Source: a virus
Lineage: Duplodnaviria > Heunggongvirae > Uroviricota > Caudoviricetes
Virus record (IMG/VR): IMGVR_UViG_2563366860_000002
Strand: one strand, 5' to 3'
DNA: 31,464 nucleotides
Each line of letters opens with the position of its first letter. The first letter of the stretch is position 1. Shown piece after piece: positions 26,655 through 31,464 of this stretch. The notes beneath the pieces were generated by a model. The model was not told where the DNA came from and ran no database searches. It saw nothing but the letters and a program-made list of their open reading frames with translations. The translations under genes were made by a program, and so were the position numbers.

Positions 26655-27617
26655 TCACCCCCTGAATCCCGGCGGTATTTCAGTGTCCGGTTCAGAAATG
26701 TGATTCACGCAACGCTGCGCAGGCGAACGCCCCAGGCGGATAACCAGTTCATCCCATTTTTCCCGGAGTTTTGCCGGACTCATGATGTTTTTTACCCAGA
26801 ACGAATCCCGCTGGAGACGCCCAAACATTTCACAAATTTGTCTGTGAGTTCTGCCATCCAGCATCCGCATTGTGCGAACGTCATTGGCCCATGCTGTCCA
26901 GTTGGGTTCTTTCGGTCTAGTGATCTCGCCATCATAGCTGGCCGCCTGCTCGTAAAGACTCACGATTCGTCCCCAGATCCACTGTGCGCACACCAAATCT
27001 TCCTGACTTCCCCACTGGCGTTTTTTCGCACTGAACACAACCGCGTCAGGGTGTCGGGTTAAAAAATCCTGTTCAGCCGTCTGCGGGTCCGGTTGCGAAG
27101 CGTCCGGACAAGAAGATCTTTTATCTGACGGATCAGGTTTTAATACTGACGGATCGGGGTCAATCATCGCCCCCCTAATCGGCAGTTTTTTATCAACAGT
27201 TGATCCATCAAAATTTGACGGGTCAACCGTTGAGGGGTCAATATTTGACGGGTCAACTGTTAACGGGTCATTTTTTGCCGGGCTAATTTTTCTTTTCGGT
27301 TTATATGACTCACGCGCCGCCGCCGCAGCTGCTTCGAGTTTTTCCACATTAAGCCGATAGATATTGCTTACATTACGCCCACCGACCTTACGCTCTTCCT
27401 TCGTCAGCCAGCCCTCTTTCGCCAGTTCTGCAATAGCCGATTTCACTGTGGATTCACTTCTTGCACCGATCTGACGCCGGATAGTTTCAATGGCAGGCCA
27501 TGACACGCCCTCGTCATTGCTGTAGTCTGCAAGACGGGCCATAACCGCCACCCTGGATAAGATCATGCCGGTGAAGGCGCACCCTTCCCAGACAAGACCA
27601 TGAAGCTTGCTGCTCAT
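26655..27617 (-). CDS. Replication initiator (lambda O-like; N-terminal DNA-binding domain)
   Basis: ORF 26655..27632 (GTG); ATG at 27617 with GGGGG RBS; iteron array inside the coding region encodes a repetitive DPSNIDPSTVDPSNFDGSTVD peptide, as in lambda O/ori. Confidence 0.85.
   Translation of the reverse strand: MSSKLHGLVWEGCAFTGMILSRVAVMARLADYSNDEGVSWPAIETIRRQIGARSESTVKSAIAELAKEGWLTKEERKVGGRNVSNIYRLNVEKLEAAAAAARESYKPKRKISPAKNDPLTVDPSNIDPSTVDPSNFDGSTVDKKLPIRGAMIDPDPSVLKPDPSDKRSSCPDASQPDPQTAEQDFLTRHPDAVVFSAKKRQWGSQEDLVCAQWIWGRIVSLYEQAASYDGEITRPKEPNWTAWANDVRTMRMLDGRTHRQICEMFGRLQRDSFWVKNIMSPAKLREKWDELVIRLGRSPAQRCVNHISEPDTEIPPGFRG
27120..27300. repeat. Replication origin: iteron array inside the O-like gene followed by an AT-rich stretch
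   Basis: About 6-7 direct ~15 bp repeats (TTGACGGGTCAACCG / TTGAGGGGTCAATAT / TTGACGGGTCAACTG / TTAACGGGTCATTTT; degenerate copies TGACGGATCAGG, TGACGGATCGGGGTCAAT), then TAATTTTTCTTTTCGGTTTATATGA. Confidence 0.6.
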
Positions 27618-27639
27618 AAAACCCCCGAACACCGTGCTT

Positions 27640-28065
27640 TTAGTGCATCACCACAGCATTCCCTGCCGGGCCGCCGCGATTCATCTGGTCATACAAAACA
27701 ACCGCTGACGCAACAAAATCATCGACATCCTTCACCAGCCGATCCCTCCGTTCGACGATCTCACGGTAATATTCAGAACTGTGGCTGCGCATACGGGCCA
27801 CCAGCAAAGGCGGCATCGCCTTTTCGATCGCCGGTAACAGAGCCTGCATTTTTTCAACAGCATCAGGGGTGTCTTTCTCTACCCAGCGGAAAATTTTCTG
27901 GGTATTGCGAGCCAGGGCTTCCGGATGGCTGTCGTCATACAGTTCTGGGAACGTCATACCCAACTCAAAATAAGCCTGGGTTATTCCAGCTGCTGGAACT
28001 TTTTCGCCATCAGGACGCGCCCAGGCATTCATCGCCATGCGGATGTGTTCATGCTTGATTTTCAT
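27640..28065 (-). CDS. YdaT-like protein (putative toxin-domain regulator in cII position)
   Basis: 141 aa; ATG with GGAG RBS; overlaps the Cro/YdaS-like gene end by 17 nt; family assignment from memory of Rac ydaS-ydaT. Confidence 0.6.
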   Translation of the reverse strand: MKIKHEHIRMAMNAWARPDGEKVPAAGITQAYFELGMTFPELYDDSHPEALARNTQKIFRWVEKDTPDAVEKMQALLPAIEKAMPPLLVARMRSHSSEYYREIVERRDRLVKDVDDFVASAVVLYDQMNRGGPAGNAVVMH

Positions 28066-28330
28066 GAATCAAGCTCCTAGAAAGTGGTTGTGTTAACGTT
28101 TTGGTATCTTCCAGCTCGGGCCAAATATTCATCCAATCAAAAGGCCTTAGTTGCTGACGTGTAACTTCACCATTACTGGCTCGCTCAATAAGGACACATA
28201 ACGATGCCCCTAACACTTGACCTTTACTCAATGCCTTTCTTAGATAACCGATGCTGGTACCACACTCGCATGCAAACATACGCTGTTCATCTGACGAAAG
28301 AGAATTGAGAAATATTCTTAATTCTTCCAT
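28049..28330 (-). CDS. Cro/YdaS-like HTH regulator (first gene of the early-right operon)
   Basis: 93 aa; strong AAGGAG RBS; HTH-like ECGTSIGYLRKALSKGQV; divergent from the repressor across an operator-bearing intergenic region. Confidence 0.75.
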   Translation of the reverse strand: MEELRIFLNSLSSDEQRMFACECGTSIGYLRKALSKGQVLGASLCVLIERASNGEVTRQQLRPFDWMNIWPELEDTKTLTQPLSRSLIHENQA

Positions 28331-28431
28331 AGCTACTCCTTAGTAAACACAGCAAAAGAATACCCACAGGTAAACAAAAGTCAATACCCACAGGTTGTTT
28401 ACCTTGCGGTAATCGCATCTATTATTTACCT
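28331..28431. promoter_or_regulatory. Divergent promoter/operator region (OR-like) between repressor and Cro-like genes
   Basis: Direct repeats of ATACCCACAGGT (two identical 12-mers ~24 bp apart) plus related GTAAAC/GTTTACC half-sites and TTTACCTATGG over the repressor start. Confidence 0.6.
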
Positions 28432-28851
28432 ATGGACAAATATGAATTTAGACGACAGCAACTCATCAAAATTCGTGATGAGAAATGCGATGGTAAAGCG
28501 GTTAACGTGGCCAGAAAGATCGGGCGCGAGCCTTCTTATGTATCAAGAATGTTGTACCCAGAGGGGAAAAAGGGAAAAAAACGGATCGCTGATGATATGG
28601 TGGAGATTATCGAAGAGTCCTTTGGGTTACCCCGGGGATGGATGGATGGTATCGTTTCATCATCAACGAACACAGCCTCCAGTTATGAAACAAGGGTTCT
28701 AACGCCACGACAACGTATTTTTTTAGATCTCTTAGACGAACTGCCAGAAAGTGAAGCGGATAAATTATTAAAAACTCTTGAAGAGAAAAAACAGTATTAC
28801 AATATGATCTACGAAGAAATCCGTAAAAAGAAAGCACAAAACGCATCATAG
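28432..28851 (+). CDS. CI-like prophage repressor (XRE-family HTH; no LexA-type peptidase domain seen)
   Basis: 139 aa; N-terminal HTH (AVNVARKIGREPSYVSRML); C-terminal region lacks S24 Ser/Lys autocleavage features; divergent from the Cro-like gene. Confidence 0.75.
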   Translation: MDKYEFRRQQLIKIRDEKCDGKAVNVARKIGREPSYVSRMLYPEGKKGKKRIADDMVEIIEESFGLPRGWMDGIVSSSTNTASSYETRVLTPRQRIFLDLLDELPESEADKLLKTLEEKKQYYNMIYEEIRKKKAQNAS

Positions 28852-28889
28852 CTCACCAAACAACTAGTCACCAGTTAAGACACCGCAAA

Positions 28890-28935
28890 AATTTACCCAT
28901 GGGTATTTACTTTTTAAATACCTATGGGTATCCTT
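28890..28935. promoter_or_regulatory. Second operator-like cluster (OL-like) downstream of the repressor gene
   Basis: Palindrome TACCCATGGGTA and near-palindrome ATACCTATGGGTAT ~25 bp apart, sharing the TACCCA/TGGGTA half-sites of the OR-like repeats; TTTACT...TAAATA promoter-like spacing. Confidence 0.45.
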
Positions 28936-29116
28936 CTTTTCATACCAACCCACCCCGCCCCACAGAATGCAGGGCAATACTTCGAGTTACCAGGCAGTGG
29001 TCAGGGGTTAAGTAGCCAGCCCGAGGCGTAAGAACATGACGGCAGGGTTCAACTTTAATAACTATGCAGCAGGTTTTTGTTCCGCTACCCCGGCGTTAAG
29101 GGGAAATGAGGTCAGC

Positions 29117-29269
29117 ATGGATACTATCGATCTTGGCAACAGCGAATCTCTGGTATGTGGCGTGTTCCCCAACCAGGACGGTACGTTCACCGCGATGACG
29201 TATACCAGAAGCAAAACGTTTAAAACTGAAGCTGGCGCGCGTCGCTGGTTAACCAGAAACACTGACTGA
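29117..29269 (+). CDS. Small hypothetical protein (50 aa)
   Basis: ORF 29036..29269; ATG at 29117 with GAGG RBS; MDTIDLGNSESLVCGVFPNQDGTFTAMTYTRSKTFKTEAGARRWLTRNTD. Confidence 0.5.
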   Translation: MDTIDLGNSESLVCGVFPNQDGTFTAMTYTRSKTFKTEAGARRWLTRNTD

Positions 29270-29280
29270 TGAGGTTGACG

Positions 29281-29682
29281 ATGGAATTTAAAGATTTACC
29301 AGTACCATTCCAGGAAATGGCATCGAATGTGGTTCGCTCTCAACTGGCGACTCTTGACCTGAGTACCGTAGAAAAGGAAACCATCGATACTATATCCGGT
29401 AACGTGCGTCGTGCCTTTATAGGTCTGTATGAAGAGAAGCGCCTATTCGGCGGACAGAATTCGCCTGAAAACAAGAATCAAGCAAATGATGAGAAGCTGA
29501 AACACATTATCGCCTTACTTTTGGAAGACGCAAAACGTCTACAGCAACTGGAACCAAATGCAGGCACAGAGGCCCGCATTTGGATTGCCATGAAATCACT
29601 CAAATGTGAAAGCAGTGATTATTTCAAAACAACAATTAAAACTACTCAACTTTCGGGAGAGCTACTGAAGAAATTGCCATAA
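29281..29682 (+). CDS. Hypothetical protein (133 aa)
   Basis: ATG at 29281 with GAGG upstream, 12 nt after the previous stop; soluble, acidic; 3' end overlaps the convergent minus-strand gene. Confidence 0.55.
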   Translation: MEFKDLPVPFQEMASNVVRSQLATLDLSTVEKETIDTISGNVRRAFIGLYEEKRLFGGQNSPENKNQANDEKLKHIIALLLEDAKRLQQLEPNAGTEARIWIAMKSLKCESSDYFKTTIKTTQLSGELLKKLP

Positions 29683-29920
29683 GAGCATAGTCTTTCTCTT
29701 GTTCTGCAAGATGAGCATTAATACCTGGTATGGTTTTTTCAAATTTATCTATCTGTTGAATAACAACTTCGCGGTATACGTTTGTTTTTGTACCACCAAG
29801 CGCAGCCGTTAATGCAGAAAGCATATTTAGTATCATATCAGTGCGATATGAAAGAATCCTGATAGCTTCATCTTGTTCTTCAATAATAGATTGCAGGGCC
29901 TCAATTTGCTTTTTATCCAT
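29642..29920 (-). CDS. Hypothetical protein (92 aa), convergent
   Basis: ORF 29642..29959; ATG at 29920 with strong AGGAGG RBS; predicted helical (MDKKQIEALQSIIEEQDEAIRILSYRTDMILNML...). Confidence 0.6.
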   Translation of the reverse strand: MDKKQIEALQSIIEEQDEAIRILSYRTDMILNMLSALTAALGGTKTNVYREVVIQQIDKFEKTIPGINAHLAEQEKDYALMAISSVALPKVE

Positions 29921-29939
29921 TTCACCCTCCTGAGGGTTG

Positions 29940-30480
29940 GTAATTAAGGAGTTCTCCACGGGTCAGGTGGAGTGCGTGCGCCGGACACGGGTGAGCATCC
30001 GGCACTGACAGCTTACTGAAAGGATATGTCCCTGAAAAGTCAGGGCATAACGCGAAAGCGCACGGCGAAATTGGTCTCTCTGTACGGTGTCGTTAAATTT
30101 AGTTCGACCGTGCGCTTCCGGTTGTGGCACTCCGCGAAATGGCGCGGCGGTAAGTATGGCTGGGGTTTCCTCCATTGCTCCAGAAAATGCACCGGGTTGT
30201 CAGGTTGACCATACGCTTAAGTGACAACCCCGCTACAACGCCCTCTGTTATCAATTTTCTGGTGACATTTGGCGGTATCAGTTTTACTCCGTGACTGCTC
30301 TGCCGCCCTTTTTAAAGTGAATTTTGTGATGCGGTGAATGCGGCTATGCGCACGCGGAACAGTTAAAGCAGTAAGGCGGTATTTTACGGGCGTAACGAGC
30401 ATCAACTAACCCGGCGTTAATTGTTAACTGGTTAACGTCACCTGGAGGCACCAGGCACTGCATCACAAAATTCATTGTTG
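29940..30480. other. GC-rich, ORF-poor structured segment (candidate structured RNA / antitermination or regulatory region)
   Basis: No ORF with an RBS; many stable hairpins (CCGGACACGGGTGAGCATCCGG; boxB-like CCCTGA-AAAG-TCAGGG; GCGCACGG...CCGTGCGC; GGTTGTCA...TGACAACC); ends with GCCGCCCTTTTT. Confidence 0.35.
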
Positions 30481-30491
30481 AGGACGCGATA

Positions 30492-30680
30492 ATGGAAACG
30501 TTATTACCAAACGTTAATACGTCTGAAGGTTGTTTTGATATTGGTGTTCTGCTCAGTAACCGGGAGTTTACTGAAGATGCCATTAATATGAGGAAATATG
30601 AGCCTTATCTGCTCAATGATAATTCCATACTTTCCCGAATTGCTCTTCTTGAACTTGGTATTTTCGGAGAACGTCAATGA
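30492..30680 (+). CDS. Hypothetical early-left protein (62 aa)
   Basis: ATG with GAGGA RBS; preceded by dyad CGTTAA-N-TTAACG; stop overlaps next start (ATGA). Confidence 0.5.
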   Translation: METLLPNVNTSEGCFDIGVLLSNREFTEDAINMRKYEPYLLNDNSILSRIALLELGIFGERQ

Positions 30681-30865
30681 CTTCAGCATTTGCACTGATG
30701 ATGACGGTTTTTCTTATAACGGGTGAATCACAGAATGTGATTACCGGAATTTATGCAAGTAAAGAATCCTGCCTCCAGGCAAGAGACGAGCAAAAAATTT
30801 CTGGTGAATGCCTCCCGCTAAAAAAAGTATCGCTGTACCTGAATAACGAAACACCGGCTGGATAA
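30677..30865 (+). CDS. Small membrane protein (62 aa)
   Basis: Translationally coupled to the upstream ORF; N-terminal hydrophobic segment AFALMMTVFLITG. Confidence 0.5.
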   Translation: MTSAFALMMTVFLITGESQNVITGIYASKESCLQARDEQKISGECLPLKKVSLYLNNETPAG

Positions 30866-30960
30866 CCCTCCAGCCATATTAACACCATACCAACGGATTA
30901 AAAATGCCAGCAATGGCAGGGATTCGTTCACCCTGAAATCTGTAATGAGGTTAAAACAAA

Positions 30961-31464
30961 ATGAGTAAGGTCTTTATTTGCGCTGCTATTCCTGATGAAC
31001 AGGCCATAAAAGAAGATAGCGCTGTTGCGGTGGCCACTGCCATTGAAGCTGGTGATGAGCGTCGCGCACGCGCAAAATTTCATTGGCAATTTCTGGAGCA
31101 ATTCCCTGCAGCTCAGGACTGCGCTTATAAATTTATTGTCTGTGAGGATAAACCCGGCATACCCCGCCCTGCCCTCGATTCCTGGGATGCTGAATATATG
31201 CAGGAAAACCGCTGGGATGAGGAGTCTGCTTCCTTTGTCCCGGTTGAGACTGAATCAGATCCGATGAACGTCACTTTTGACAAGCTGGCCCCTGAAGTAC
31301 AGAACGCTGTCATGGTTAAGTTCGACACATGTGAAAACATCACCGTTGATATGGTTATTAGCGCACAGGAATTGTTGCAGGAAGACATGGCAACATTCGA
31401 CGGACATATCGTTGAAGCGTTGATGAAAATGCCAGAAGTTAACGCCATGTATCCGGAGCTTAAG
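30961..31464 (+). CDS. Hypothetical acidic early-left protein, 5' partial (open to window end, at least 168 codons)
   Basis: ATG at 30961 with GAGG ~10 nt upstream; frame open to end of window (hand-verified codon by codon); absent from ORF track because it has no stop in the window. Confidence 0.6.
   Translation, partial: MSKVFICAAIPDEQAIKEDSAVAVATAIEAGDERRARAKFHWQFLEQFPAAQDCAYKFIVCEDKPGIPRPALDSWDAEYMQENRWDEESASFVPVETESDPMNVTFDKLAPEVQNAVMVKFDTCENITVDMVISAQELLQEDMATFDGHIVEALMKMPEVNAMYPELK

Noticed and set aside
29963-30405. ORFs 29963..30175 (-), 30026..30208 (+), 30217..30405 (-) in the GC-rich segment
   Set aside because: Mutually overlapping, no RBS, Arg-rich low-complexity translations; treated as non-coding. 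A retron msr/msd was also considered, but no reverse transcriptase gene is adjacent.

Overview
The window reads as an internal ~31.5 kb segment of a lambdoid (Qin/Rac-like mosaic) siphovirus prophage from an enterobacterium, with no integrase or att site in view. Nearly all phage functions are on the minus strand and run from high to low coordinates: immunity region (CI-like repressor on +, Cro/YdaS-like and YdaT-like on -), replication (O-like initiator with internal iterons, DnaC-like loader), a nin-like region (DUF1627-like, QueH/DUF208-like, hokD, Rem-like, DUF968/HNH-like), antiterminator Q with a pR'-like promoter and tR'-like terminator, lysis cassette (S21-type pinholin, SAR endolysin, Rz/Rz1), an AT-rich moron island (three cold-shock paralogs, GnsB-like, DUF1398, small unknown ORFs), a lambda-like cos site, terminase small and large subunits, gpW-like, portal, a protease-capsid fusion, and a lambda-like tail module (Z, U, V, G/G-T, H, M, L, K, start of I). 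All family assignments are from reading the translations against remembered families; no database search was run. Coordinates for features not in the ORF track were hand-indexed and may be off by a base or two. The most unusual items are a QueH-like tRNA-modification enzyme homolog in the nin region, the small genes of unknown function just downstream of the repressor, a ~500 bp GC-rich ORF-free structured segment in the early-left region, and small cargo ORFs between cos and the lysis genes. I found no recognisable complete defence system; candidates are flagged as hypotheses.
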